Shown in pieces: positions 12,300 to 24,250 of a DNA stretch of 64,000 nt. Origin of the DNA: Camelus dromedarius (Eukaryota). The DNA lies in contig NC_087436.1 of assembly GCF_036321535.1 (NCBI RefSeq), forward strand, positions 79,920,001 to 79,984,000, in the 5' to 3' direction. Position numbers and translations under genes: made by a program. The notes below the pieces were generated by a model. It was not told the origin of the DNA. It saw only the letters and a program-made list of their open reading frames with translations, and did no database searches. Every line of letters begins with the position of its first letter. Positions within the stretch are counted from its first letter, which is position 1.

Positions 12300-13370
12300 C
12301 GTTAGGCTCTTCTACATTCTTTGGTTTGACAGTGGAATGCAAGCATCATATTGAGGTTGGGTAGGTGTGTGACTGGGTCCTTTGGGGGCCACAATTCTTC
12401 CAGACCTTCAGACATTAACACATTGGAATGATCAGGACCAGGTGGCATATTCAGTGTCTTCATCAAACCAGTGGAGGTAGGTGTAAGAAGCATGCATGGT
12501 TCTTGCCAAGCCCTACATTAGGTGAACTTAAGTTCAGTATGTCCTTTGTGTCCAGAAGCATCGGCAGGGAGAGAGCTATACAGTCCACAATGGCGATGGC
12601 TGGTCAGAGTCCCAGCACGCAGCTCTAGTGGGTTATATCTAGTATTGGAGCTCAGACAGGAAGAGATAGCCTTGACACCCTATGTAAAGAGCCTGGTCTG
12701 CAAAGCTGCGTACTAGATTTTCACACTACTGAGCTTGGCCTGCAGATTCTGAAGTTTACCAAGTTCTGCTAAGTCCATGTTTCTCAAACGTATTAAAATG
12801 AGAATAAACAGGGGTACTAGTTAAACATGTGTATCTCTGAGCCCCACTCCTAGAGATACTGATTCAGTCAATCTGGGGTAGAGTCTCAGAATCTGGATTT
12901 TTAATAAGTACCCCTACTGATTCGGATGTGGGTGGACTACAAAACACAGTTTGAGAACGTTTGTGCTGGGCAGCCACTGGCAAATGTCATTCAGGTGGTG
13001 GATGAGAGCAGAGAAAGGTACTGAGGTTGAAAAGTGGTGATTTTTATAGGACTGAATGTTCTGGAGTGTGGCTAAGGCTGAATCCAATAATGGGAGAGAA
13101 GGCAAGCTAGTTGATCTGCTGAGACAAGGAATAGAGCCCAGGGTTCTGGTCCAGCTTCTGTTGTTGGTATTTTATCTGGCCATCAGAATTGGAGATGGTG
13201 TGTCAAGGACTGGAGGGCAGGAACACGTTAACTCCTGGAGCATCATGGACAGTGCTTCAGAAATAGGAGATAAACCGAAGATTGCCCAACATGAGGGAAT
13301 GCATCATCTGAATATTTCTGGAAAGTAGAGGATCCCTCGGAATTGGGGCTTGTTCTCAGTTTCTTCCATG
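12300..13370 (-). pseudogene. Fossil Ty3/Gypsy chromovirus integrase (core, GPY/F, chromodomain), degenerate
   Basis: Minus-strand translation: ILYFPEIFR*CIP, RFISYF*STVHDAPGVNVFLPSSP*HTISNSDGQIKYQQQKLDQNPGLYSLSQQIN*LAFSPIIGFSLSHTPEHSVL*KSPLF, TRYNPLEL...HRHCGLY, PPLV/FDEDTEY...VWKNCGP...PVTHLPNLNMMLAFH; colinear with chromovirus integrase motifs. Confidence 0.75.
12775..12963. mobile_element. MER5A (hAT-Charlie MITE), 189 bp, inserted into the Gypsy integrase
   Basis: Termini ccatgtttctcaaac / gtttgagaacgtttg, internal ccccactcctagagatactgattcagt; degenerate 8-bp TSD tgctaagt / tgctgggc. Confidence 0.85.
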
Positions 13371-13419
13371 ATCCCCTCCCAGAGTTGTCCAAAGGCCTAA
13401 AGTTTGGTTGATAAAACTA

Positions 13420-13860
13420 CTGCCATTTTTACTAACTTTGAAAATTAGGTGAAGCTAAAGTTGTCTCTTTGAGCCTTCATATGCTCATCTGTAAAATGAG
13501 TATCATTATAACACACTGGATTGTTGGGAGGCATGGGGAAAATAGCTATAAAACATTCTGTCTACATATGCAGAGGCTCAATAAGAGACAATTCTTGTAC
13601 TTTTTTTTGCCTTCATGAGCATCATGGTGTGGGGGGAAGAACGTGGATTCCATAGTGAGATCTGGCTTGGAGTCTCACCTCTATTACTTTCTAGATCTAT
13701 ATGACCTTGAACTGTTTACTTATCTCTGCATCTAAGTTACTCACTAAAAAAAAAAAAAAAAAGGAAGAATACCTGTCTTGAGTGACTGCTTTGAATATTA
13801 GCAATAATAGAGGAAAAACAAACGCCTGGCATCTTATAGAAATTGATCAATAAATCACTG
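13420..13860 (+). mobile_element. Two tandem MIR SINEs
   Basis: ctctttgagccttcatatgctcatctgtaaaatgag, and atgaccttgaactgtttacttatctctgca...gcctggca...atcaataaat. Confidence 0.75.
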
Positions 13861-13959
13861 CTTCCCTCCCTCTTTCCTTTCTCCTCCTTCTCTCTTTCTC
13901 TTCTTTTCCTGCAACTCCTCTTGCTATTCTTATATTTTAAGGCTCTGAGCTCATGAAAC

Positions 13960-14560
13960 CTGTGGAAAAGGAGCTGGTCTCCCATCCTCATTTCAACTAT
14001 CAGCTTCAAAAAATTGCACAGGGAAGCTGAAAAGAATGTGGATTCTTAAGTAAACATGCCAGGGTCTCCCTGAATTGCTTTCCTAGACAATCTTCTATGA
14101 AATGACTGGCTGGCCTGATTTAATCGTTAGGCTCTCTCCCAATCAGGTCACAAGGTCTGTGCAAGGAAGCTGTACCAGCTCGCTATCAGGTAATGGTCTT
14201 GCAGTCCAAGAATTTTCTGGGTTGATGTCCAAAAGTGCCTGTTTGACGTTCTGGATTCTCCCTGGGTGAGTACATGCAAAGTGCCATCCTCCTTAGTTCT
14301 TCTCATCAATCCTTCTCTACTACACAGGATCAAAGATGGTCAGTTTCTGGGCCAGGAAGTAGGTGTTAAAGTGCTGGAGAATGAACTCATGCCCTTTATG
14401 CTGCAAGGAAACATTTGCCACCTTCCTGAGAAGCCCACACCTTTGGACCTCACAACCTCACAAAAACCCTTCCATTTGATAAGTATTGAACTCTGGTTCT
14501 GTACCTGTGAAGCTAGTCAATCCTTTTTCTATAATTTGGAGGGTGATGGTGGAGATCTGA
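13960..14560 (-). pseudogene. Fossil Ty3/Gypsy (Sushi/RTL-like) gag capsid region, degenerate
   Basis: Minus-strand translation SPPSPSKL*...QNQSSILI...RSKGVGF, ILQHFNTYFLAQKLTIFDPV**RR, EELRRM, LTQG, RKAIQGD, EMRMG follows the Sushi-type Gag motif order P-P-KF..NQC..SKVGF..FDDP..LRQG..AI-ID..PMQLG. Confidence 0.65.
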
Positions 14561-14829
14561 GAACTAGCAATGAGGACTGTTAGCCACCACCAGTTAAAGA
14601 AATCTATAATTACATACCAGAGCTGAGGAAGTAGTTGCCAAATGTCAAACTGAAGAGTGTTATTAGGAGCTAGAATTAAGGGCTATGGTTGGGTCATTGG
14701 AGAACTCCAACAGATTCTGTAGGAGAGCATCCTCCATGCTTGTAGACATTCAGATTGGTCACTTTCATGAGTTGCATGTACTGTGCTGTGACAAGTAATA
14801 TATCAGAACCATGAACAAGTCACCATTCA

Positions 14830-15440
14830 AAGTCAAATTCAAGACATTTCCTTGGAAATGCCAAGCCCTGAGCCAGATGCTGAAGAACATCGGTCAGACG
14901 CAACCATATTCCATACCCTGTGGTGACTCATGGTCAATTGAGAAATGTGTTCATTTAGCCAGTACTTCTAGCAGGCCACTGATCCAGGAGCAGAGGATAT
15001 AAATATGTAAGATGCCTTGTCCCCTCTCAGGCTTAGAGGGGCCACATTAGGCAGAGATTGGCAAGTGAGGTGAAGAAGCTAGACAGTAGAGAACTGCATG
15101 TAATAGAGGGGAAAAAACTACGCTTTAAAACCTTGCCTTTGTAGAAGGAGGTCTGGTTGGAGAAAAACACAAGGTCACTGCCAGCACTTTGTACTCCTAA
15201 GAAGTACAGAGCCCTGTTGTTTAGCTGAGCACCCGACATATTTCTGATATGGAAAGGTGGTAGGAGATCTGGAAAGAACTGAAATTCTCTTCGTGATCGG
15301 CGACCAGAATGTGGAATTCAATGGGAATTTAGGAAGTAGGATGTGAAAAGACAGCAGGCAGAAGAGGCAGGAACCCCGATGCCTTTCAGAAGAGCCTGCC
15401 TGGGGTTGGACAGCCAGAAGACAGGACACAATGCCTATTA
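14830..15440 (-). mobile_element. L2 fragment(s), heavily diverged
   Basis: Purine-rich antisense L2 pattern (ccctgagccagatgctgaagaaca...ccctgtggtgactcatggtc). Confidence 0.55.
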
Positions 15441-15473
15441 GTTTATTTTATTTGCATTTGTAGCTATATATCT

Positions 15474-15497
15474 GTATGTATGTATGTATGTATGTAT
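15474..15497. repeat. (TATG)n microsatellite
   Basis: Directly visible. Confidence 0.9.
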
Positions 15498-17032
15498 CAT
15501 TTACATAGTGAAGAGAGGTATTTTATGAAATCACAGAAAAGCACTGCGTTCCAGGTTTGGGATGATGGTTTGTGCAGCAGAGTTCATAGATGGGATGGAA
15601 AAAAAATTATCAACTAGTTAATGGAAGCAGAATCTCAAAGCCAGAAGGGATTCTGTTCTGTGAGAACAAAAGCCTTTTCAGTCCCCCTTTCTTCTTTCTT
15701 CACACTCTGCATGTGAAGAGGATGATGGTAACCTTTCTGAAAGATGTGGAATGGGTTTTGAGCCAGTCTTATCAAGATTTTAAAGTATAGAGTGACTCCT
15801 GTTGATATTAGGGTTATATTTAAATTCAAAGCTAAGAAGACATTCTATTTTATCCAGAGTCAAACTACTGAAAGATTTTGAATCCAAGTAGTAATTTATT
15901 TGAACACTGAGAATAATTATCTTATGATTTTGGCTAAAATATTTTAAGAAGAGTTTTGTTTTTATACAGTAGGTGCTTTTCACTTTGACTCCTTTTAAAT
16001 TAGGCCAGAGTTTGGGATATATATATGGTGAATATATGATTTTTTTTTAAATGACAGGACAGACTGGGGAAAGCATTCTTTCACAGAGTTTGGTTTTTTA
16101 AAGGAATATTTTGTTCAGATACCGGCTCTGTAGATTTTTTTTTCTTTCTCACAATAATCATGTGTGTGTATATAGATGTTTTAATGTATGGTCAGTAGTA
16201 GAAGTCTGAGCAAGAAAAACCACTTAATTTTTGTTGCTGAATGTAAAACATCTGACAGTATTTGCCGAGAAAACCCAAATTGCCTTGCTTTGTTTGCATA
16301 AGCAAAAGGAAAAGTCCAGGGTATCCATCTGCAAATCAACATCAAAGGCTTTCCACAAAATGCAGGGAGGGTGACATGTATTTGGAGAAGCAGTATGAGA
16401 TCCTTGGCTGTTACTAGGGCACTGCTGGCTGCTGCTTTCTGCCCCAGCCATGGCCAAGGGCAACTGACGTTTCTGTGTCTGTATTGCTGAGGTAGCTGGT
16501 CTTCTAGAGCTGAAGTGCACAGCTCTGTCCTTTGCCCACTCCCTTCCCACTCTTTAACATCTGTTAATGATGGAGAATCACAGCACATTTCCTATGAAAC
16601 GAAGCCATTCTAAAAACTTTCATAAAGTCAAAGGTTTTGGAAAGAAGGAGAAAAAGTCATTAAGTAAACACATCTTTTCTGAGACCGACGCTAAACATGC
16701 CATCACCTCGTATGAGTTATTCAGTACATGTAAAATTCACTCCACTGAATTACGGCCCTGACCCTTGACCAAAAAGTCCCTCTTTCTTTCCCATTATTAA
16801 TTGGATCAGGTTTTCTTTTCTCATAACAAGGTGGCTGCAATCATACATTTTAGAGGTAGGGGTATAGTTTACATCACTCGTGAGTTGCACATTTCTAAGA
16901 GTCTACAATTATGTATTCTAAGCAAGGAATACGTCTTTGCAGGCACAGCTAGTCTGAAATTATCTAATATTTCAGGAGACAGATGATTCACACTGCCCCA
17001 AAGCTACGATGCTAATATAAACTGTGAACTTG

Positions 17033-17178
17033 CTTCCCCGCCTTCCTTCCTTCCCTCCTTCCTTTCCCTTTCCTTCTTTTCTCTCCCTCCCTCTTTCTCT
17101 TTCTCCCCTCTTTACCCCTTTTCCTTTCTTTTCTTTCCTTTTCTCCCTCCTCCCCTCCCCCTCTTCCTCCTTTTTTTT
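17033..17178. repeat. Polypyrimidine (C/T) low-complexity tract
   Basis: ~145 nt almost entirely C/T on the plus strand. Confidence 0.9.
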
Positions 17179-17179
17179 G

Positions 17180-18001
17180 TGTGAAATATCTATTAATACC
17201 AAAGAAAAAAACCTAAGAAGAAAAATGTTTTTTACTCACAACACTTCTGACACGAAATGTTTGGATTTTTTTACACATTGCAATCCTCCAGTTCTCTGCA
17301 GACACCAACTGAGTGTCCTAAATTTAATTTAATTCTGGCACTATCTCCCTGGAGTTAGTGCCACATCCCACATGTTACAGAGCCCAGTCCTACAAGACTG
17401 CTCCCACTTCAGCTGTCAGTAGCCAGTCCAAGGTTGTCACCTGCACTGCTGACTGACTGGCTATAAATTGGGGGTTCCCATAAACTCCTTGTCAGGTTCA
17501 ATAATTTGCTGTAACAACTCACAGAACTCAGGAGAATACTTTAGTTACTATTACCGATTCACTATAAAGGATACAACTCAGGAACAGCAGAAAGGAAGAG
17601 ATACACAGGGAAAGGATATATAAGAAGGGACACTTAACATGAGTTCACCAACCCAGAAGCTCTCTGAACCCCATCATTTAGGATTTTTATGGAGGGCCCA
17701 CTACATAGACATGCTTGATGAAGTCACTGGCCATTGGCGACGGAACAAACACTGGGCCCTTTTCCATCCCTGGAGGTTGAGGGTGAGACTGAATGTTCCA
17801 AGTGGTTGGTTTCTTTGGTAACCAATCCAATCCTCCAAGAGTCACCTCATTAGCAAAAAGGTAGGATGGAAAGGGGTTATTATGAAAAACAAAAGCTACT
17901 TTTCTCACCCCTATCAAGGATTTTTAAGGGTTTTAGGAGCTTTGTGCCAGGAACCAGGGACAAAAACCAAAAGTATTTTTCTTATTATATCACAATGTCA
18001 C
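17180..18001 (-). mobile_element. MER21-family ERVL solo LTR
   Basis: Ends taggagctttgtgccaggaaccagggacaaaaaccaaaagtatttttcttattatatcacaat, the reverse complement of the MER21 5' end; internal cagacaccaactgagtgtcct. Confidence 0.85.
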
Positions 18002-18004
18002 CAG

Positions 18005-18790
18005 ACTTTTGCTCATTTTTAAATTAGTTTCTCCATCAGTTCTTATTGGTTTGCAGGGATTCTAACTTTATTTTGCATATGAGTCATTTGACAGAAATGT
18101 GTGTCGCAAATATCTTCTGCCATTCTGTGGTTTATCTTTTCACTGCATCTTTTAATAAAGTTCAATGTATCGATACTTTGTTTCTATGATTAGCTCTTTT
18201 TTGTCCTGTTTGAGAAATCATTCCTTACTCAGAGGTCATGAAAGCAGTCTCTTTTATTAACTTCTAGAAATTTTATTGTTTTACACTTAACATTTAGGTC
18301 TTCATTTCAATTTGGAGTGGAATTTTGGATACGGTGTAAGGTATGGATCAAGATTTGTTTGTTCACGTGTAGATAACCAACTGATCCAGCACTACTTATT
18401 GAAAAGAGCATCTTTACCCTCTGCAGTGTTGTTTGACTCTATCATAAATCATGCATTCGTGTGTGGGGGGGTCTATTTCTGAACCCTGTAGTCTGTCTTA
18501 CTGGTCTGTTTGTCTGTCCTTGCACTAGAACCACACTGTCTCAATCACTATGGCTTTAAAATAATTCTAGAAAACTCATAGCGTAAGCCTTCCAAATTGG
18601 GTTTTCCTCGACATTGCCATAGCTTTTCATGGCCTAAGCATTTCCATGTAAACTTTAGAACAGTCTTGCCAATCCACCACCTCCCACACACATTTTTCTG
18701 GAGTATCAGTTGAGATTAAATTGGATCCACAGATCAGTTTGGGAGGATTTTACTATAGTATAAAACTGGGTATTTAATATCTCTGATTCC
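18005..18790 (-). mobile_element. Old L1 ORF2 fragment, antisense
   Basis: gcaaatatcttctgccattctgtgg, ccagcactacttattgaaaaga, ccacactgtctcaatcacta. Confidence 0.8.
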
Positions 18791-19064
18791 TTTCCTCAGC
18801 TTGAGATATAAAGTTATTGGTACAAATATGAATGTTTATAGAAATACGAGGTTGAGAGCAGAGTTGTAATGTTGGCCCTTCAATGAAATACCTTACGTAT
18901 GGTATTTTGTTCCATACTTGAAATAAGAAAATTTTTTCTAGAATGACTTTTCCGTCAGTATGTCACTCATCCTCCTTTCTTCCCCCAAATTTCATCATAT
19001 AAGTGATTTGCAGTAGAATTTGGGAGGGAGGGTAGAGGGAGGAGACACAGTGTTCACTGGGGGC

Positions 19065-19514
19065 TGTTCTGGTTACTGTGGCTGCATAACAACTCACCCC
19101 AACACTTAGTAGCTTAAAGCAGCAACAATTATGCCATCACTCATGATTGTGTGGATTAGCTGGGCTCAGCTAAGCTGTCCTTCTGTCCTTTTTTTCAGGT
19201 GGGGGGCCACTTAGATAGATTGTGACAGGGTTGCAATTAGATTATGACAGAGGCTGAAGTTTCTCTGTCTAGGATCAGCTAGGGCACCAGGACAGCTGGC
19301 ATTCACCCATCTATATTGCCTCGAGAGCTCTCCTCTCCATGTGGCTTTACAAGCAAGACAGCGGGACCTCTTACATGACAGTTTCAGGCTTCCAAAACCA
19401 AATGTTCATGAATTACCTGCTTGCCCAGACACAGTGTGGGAGGAGACTCTATAAGGCTGTGAATACTTGAAAGCATGCCTCGTTAGAGACCATCTTTGGA
19501 GATTAACTGCCACA
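19065..19514 (-). mobile_element. MLT1-family MaLR LTR
   Basis: gctgcataacaactcaccccaacacttagtagcttaaagca...gaccatctttggagattaactgccaca. Confidence 0.8.
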
Positions 19515-19763
19515 AGGGGTATATCAGAAGCCTGGGAAAGTGTGTTACTTAATAAAAAAAAAGAGAATTTTAGATATTATAATAAAATATATAGGAAATG
19601 AGTAAAGTCATTACCTTTATAATTAAAAAGAAAAAAAAATAAAGTTTGACCAAATTTTTTTGGCCAGTAGAAATATACAAATTACAGCCCACAATTATCC
19701 ATTGAGAGCTGTAATCACCTAATGAATCATATCAAATCTTGGGAAAGGGTGTCATGAACTTCG

Positions 19764-19791
19764 GTTTGTTTGTTTGTTTGTTTGTTTGTTT
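19764..19791. repeat. (GTTT)n microsatellite
   Basis: Directly visible. Confidence 0.9.
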
Positions 19792-21029
19792 GAGGGGAAG
19801 CAGCAACTCAGAGGATGATGACATGTTTACCTCTCAGCAATTAGGCTATCAAAGCAAAACGCTGATAAGCTGACTTTCTCAGCTTCAACTGAGGTTTGCA
19901 TTCAATTTGGCTTTCTGCTAAGGTAGAGTCTTTTACGATGTATTTTTATTAGATTAAAATAACAGAGCAATCTCAGGACTAAGCATATTTGCTTTCAGAA
20001 GTCCTTTCTCCAACACCTCCCCTTCAGCCTCACAAACATGTTCAAAGTTGAAATTTTTGCATTACTTTACAGAAGAACACACAATTTTTATTCAGATTTG
20101 ATCCTACTTTCTCTTTATGACCATCCAACTTATTCCCTGGACACAGAATTAAAACAATGAAATTCCCATTAGTGCTCACATTCATTAGTGAAAACATCTA
20201 AAGTTTCAGACTTTTCTTTAACTGAGAAATTTTCAAGACTGCTCCCCAGAGAAACTGCACAAGGTCACTGAGCGCCTCATTAAAGGGCCTGACCCTCGGG
20301 AAGGTGTGAAGAGGCTTTCTTCCAAAGATGATATTTTCACTACCCCACATGGAGTTCTACTTCCATAAATAAAACAGCCTAACTTGAGTAAGTCAGGTCA
20401 TTTAAAGCCAATGTCCCGACACTGCAGGCTATGCTGAACAGTGTAGGGAGATGTATGGATGATGCAGCCAATATTTCGAATGAAAGAAAGGTACTGAAAG
20501 GGACTTTTCAATAGCACCTTAATAAGCCCAAGAGTGGCTGAGCAAAACATTTATTTGAAAATGGCTGTCTTTTTTGAACAATAAATACTGGGTCAGTTGA
20601 TTCAGATTCTAGTCAAAGTTGGGACATAAATATTATTCATTTCCAAATCTCAAAAGCCAAACTCATTGCCTGGCATTCAAAAATCATTTAATCAACATTC
20701 GATGAATGAACGAATCAATCAATCAATGAGAGAATATATTATACGCTCTCTAACCTTCCTTCTTATTCCTCAGCTGGCATGCTGGATGCTACATGTCAGC
20801 CAGTCCTTAACCAAGTCTTGATTTGCTACAGCATGATGTTGAAAATTAGAATTGTGACTCGACTCAGTGACTGAGTTTTGAAAAGCACATGTTTCCTTTT
20901 GCCCCTTGCTTCCAAACTGTTACAGCCTGGATACTGTTAAATGTTAAGTGAATCGTGTTCTTGAAGGCTAAACGGAAAGACACGCCATTCTGTAATCATG
21001 ATTTGGCTCCTACTATGTTTTTCCATATT

Positions 21030-24000
21030 CAGAATGATAATGGCAGAGAATGCTCATGAATTGATGGAAGATATGAACTCCTAGATTGTAAAAGCACAAT
21101 AAGTTCAGAGAAATACAAATAAAAATAAGTTCAAAAAGCAGAGAATTTGTAAACCATTAAAGCCAAGTAGAAAAAATATACAAACTCTATTAAAAAAAAG
21201 ACAGATTACTTTAAAAAAATAATAAACTTCTCATCAGCAACACTAGAGGCCAAAGAACAATGGAATACTATTTTCCTAGTGTTAAACTATCAATTAGATG
21301 GGAGGGGAAAATAAAGATATTTAGACACATACTGAGAGAACTGACCACACAGATATTCACTCTAAAGAGTACTAAAGGATATACTTTAATAAGAAGGAAT
21401 TAAAATTAAGAGGAAAGAGTGGATTATGTGAAGTAATGTAATTGAATTGGTTAAGTATGAAAAAAATTTAATAAGCATTGAGTTTTAAAAATGATAAAGA
21501 CAAAAATAGATGGATATTTAAAATGAGAAAAGATAAAAATGTTAGAAAACAATGACATGGATATAGGAGTTGGTGTCTAAAGTTAAAGTAATATGAGTCT
21601 TCAAAACTGTTTGAAACAAGTATAGAGATGTTAACTTTAGACTTTGTTTTAGCAAATACTTATGTTAAAATTTTAGGGAAAGCCATGAAAATTACAGGAA
21701 TATGAGATATAATTTCCAAATTAGTAGAGAATAGGAAAAGAAGATTTAAAAAATAAATAAATCTAATGAATAATGGAAATTATAAATAAAATGCATATCT
21801 AGAAAACACAAAATAAACTAACAGCAATCAGGCTTGTTAGGCCAGTAATCATAATATATGCAAGTTAAACTTCATGGTTAAAGAAAGGGACTCAGACTGG
21901 ATTTTTAAAATCTAGTAATATGCCATTTATAAGTGACAATGGATTTTTAAAAGAAATCCAAGTGTGTGCTATTTATAATAGGAAATATGTTGATACTGAA
22001 AATTTGAAAATTAATGAAAATTGAAGTATCTCAGAAAAATAATTAAAAGAAAAATGTTGCCATATAAACACTAGAAAAATATAACTTAAAGTAAAACCAT
22101 TATTAGAAATGAAAAGAGTCTTAATTTCATGATAAAAGAGAAAGTTACCAGAGAGACCTAAAAATCCCAAGCCTGCCTGCACTAAACACTAGTAGACTTG
22201 GACTAGTCAAACAAAAAATTAGCATAATTACAAGTAGAAACAGAAATATACATAATGACATCAGAAGATTTGAACATATCTCTCTTGGAAATTAAAGCTG
22301 CAGCAGCAGCCAAAACATAGTAAAAATACAGAAGATTCAAATAACACACAAGGAAAAATTCATTTATCAAGAAGGATTGTATCTAAAGACATATAAACCT
22401 ACATTTGGAAAACTTTTCTAAGAAATCTTTGTAAGCCATTCAGGAAATCTCAAAAATGCCAAATAATTAATATAAGTCTGAACAATATTCTTTCAGTACA
22501 ATACAGTAAAACTAAAAATTAATAAAAAGAAAATACCAAATCATGAGTCAAGAAGTAAATCAAACTAGAAATGATATTAACAATAGAAGCACAATAAAAA
22601 CGCTGTGAATCAAAATTTGTGTGATACAGCTAATATGACATTTAAAGGATACATTCATAACTGTTTCTAAATGTACATTAAAAAAGAAGGAAAGCTGAAA
22701 ACTACTGAGCAAAGTACAACTTGAAGAAGTAAAAATATTCACAGCAAAATAAGCCTAAAGAATGTATATAAGAGGAGATGGTTAAAATAAGAGCAAAAAT
22801 TAATATAGTTGAAGATAAGAATCATTAAAAAAATCAACCAAATCAAAAGCCAGTTATTTGGAAAGACAGAGTAGCCAAACTCTGCCAAATGTGCCCAAGG
22901 TGAGGGTGGCAGGGAAGGACAGTATATCAGGGAAAGAAATCAATATTGGGAAAAGAAAAGAGAACATACCTACTGATTTTAAAAAAGATCACATAAGAGA
23001 GACTTAGGAATAATTTTATGCTAATAAATTTGAAAATGTATACAATATGGATAAATTTGTGGAAAGAAGCATAAATGACAAATTTTATTCAATAAGAAAT
23101 TAAAACCCTGAACAGAATTATAGTCATTAAAGAAATTAGATTAGTCATCAAAACTTGATCCCAAACAGAAGCAAAGGGCCCATATAATTTTACAGGTGAG
23201 TTTTACCAAACTTCCAAGGGAAAAAACCCTCTACTTATATAAACTGTCATGTAAACTAGAGAAACAAGAAAAGCTCTCCAGCTTAATTTGTGAATGCTAA
23301 TATGTACTTCATAAATAAACTGGGTTAGGAAAGAATAAGAAAGAAAACGTATAAACTATTCTCAATTATAGAAGCAAAAGTCCTAAATAATGTACCAGTT
23401 AACTATTTCAGTAACATATTTTTAAATTAATTATGACCAAAGATGACTCACCCTAGAATTTAAAGAATGATTTAGCATTAAGAAATCTACTAAGTAATTT
23501 AATACATTAACCCACTAAAGGTGAATTTATCATCTCAATTAGTGCAGAAAGAATTATTACACAAAATTTAACAATCATTAATTGTTAAAAAAAAACTTAT
23601 ACCTACAAGAAATTGGAGGGAGCTTCCCAAACCTGTGAAAGATATTTAACAAAAGCCTCTAATACAGATGCCCTTCAGTAGTGAAATGTAAAGCTCAAAT
23701 TCTTTAAAGTCAAGGTAAAAGGAAATATGCTCATTATCATTACTTCTATTTAACCTTGTATTAAATGTCCTAGCCAGTGTGATAAAGCAAGAAAAAGAAA
23801 TAAAACATATATAAGAACTTTATGAAGAATATTAACTATTGTGAAAGGAGATAAAGGGAAGCCTAAATAATAAAAGATATATCATGGAATATATAAAATA
23901 TGCAGTATGTTCATATATCAAAGATATATCGTGGAGTGGAAAAGTCAATATCATAAATAAGTCAATAGTCCCCAAAGAAATAGAAATCCACTGCATTTTC

Positions 24001-24250
24001 AAAAACCTTCAGTATTTTTTTCAAATACTTGATGAGTTGAAATTAGAACTAAAATAGAGCAATAAATGGCCAAAAATTGCAAAAAAAAAAAAAGATAAAG
24101 CAAGAGGATCATCCTACCAGACAGCTAAAAATACTGATAATATTTAATAGTAAACAATTAAAACAGTGTGATAAGCATAAGGACAGACAAGTAATCTAAT
24201 GGAACAGAATATAGCACCTATAAGAATGCATAACTGATGCTCCAAAAATG
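21030..24250 (+). mobile_element. ~3.2 kb old L1 (ORF1 end, ORF2 endonuclease and RT), degenerate
   Basis: A-rich; RT motif remnant atcatctcaattagtgcagaaa (IISIDAEK-like), tacaggtgagttttaccaaac, gtcctagccagtgtgataaagcaagaaaaagaaataaaa. Confidence 0.85.

Noticed and set aside
11900..12300. Possible polypurine tract and 3' LTR of the Gypsy fossil
   Set aside because: No clear PPT, TG..CA boundaries or matching 5' LTR could be seen
13236..13256. RE1/REST-like motif tggagcatcatggacagtgct
   Set aside because: Only about 15/21 match with a broken left half-site, and it lies within Gypsy coding remnant
13056..14583. Plus-strand ORFs of 90 and 105 aa
   Set aside because: Best explained as antisense shadows of the fossil Gypsy integrase and gag frames
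16972..17332. Lys/Glu/Gly-rich and Phe/Pro/Ser-rich ORFs
   Set aside because: Translations of the polypyrimidine tract
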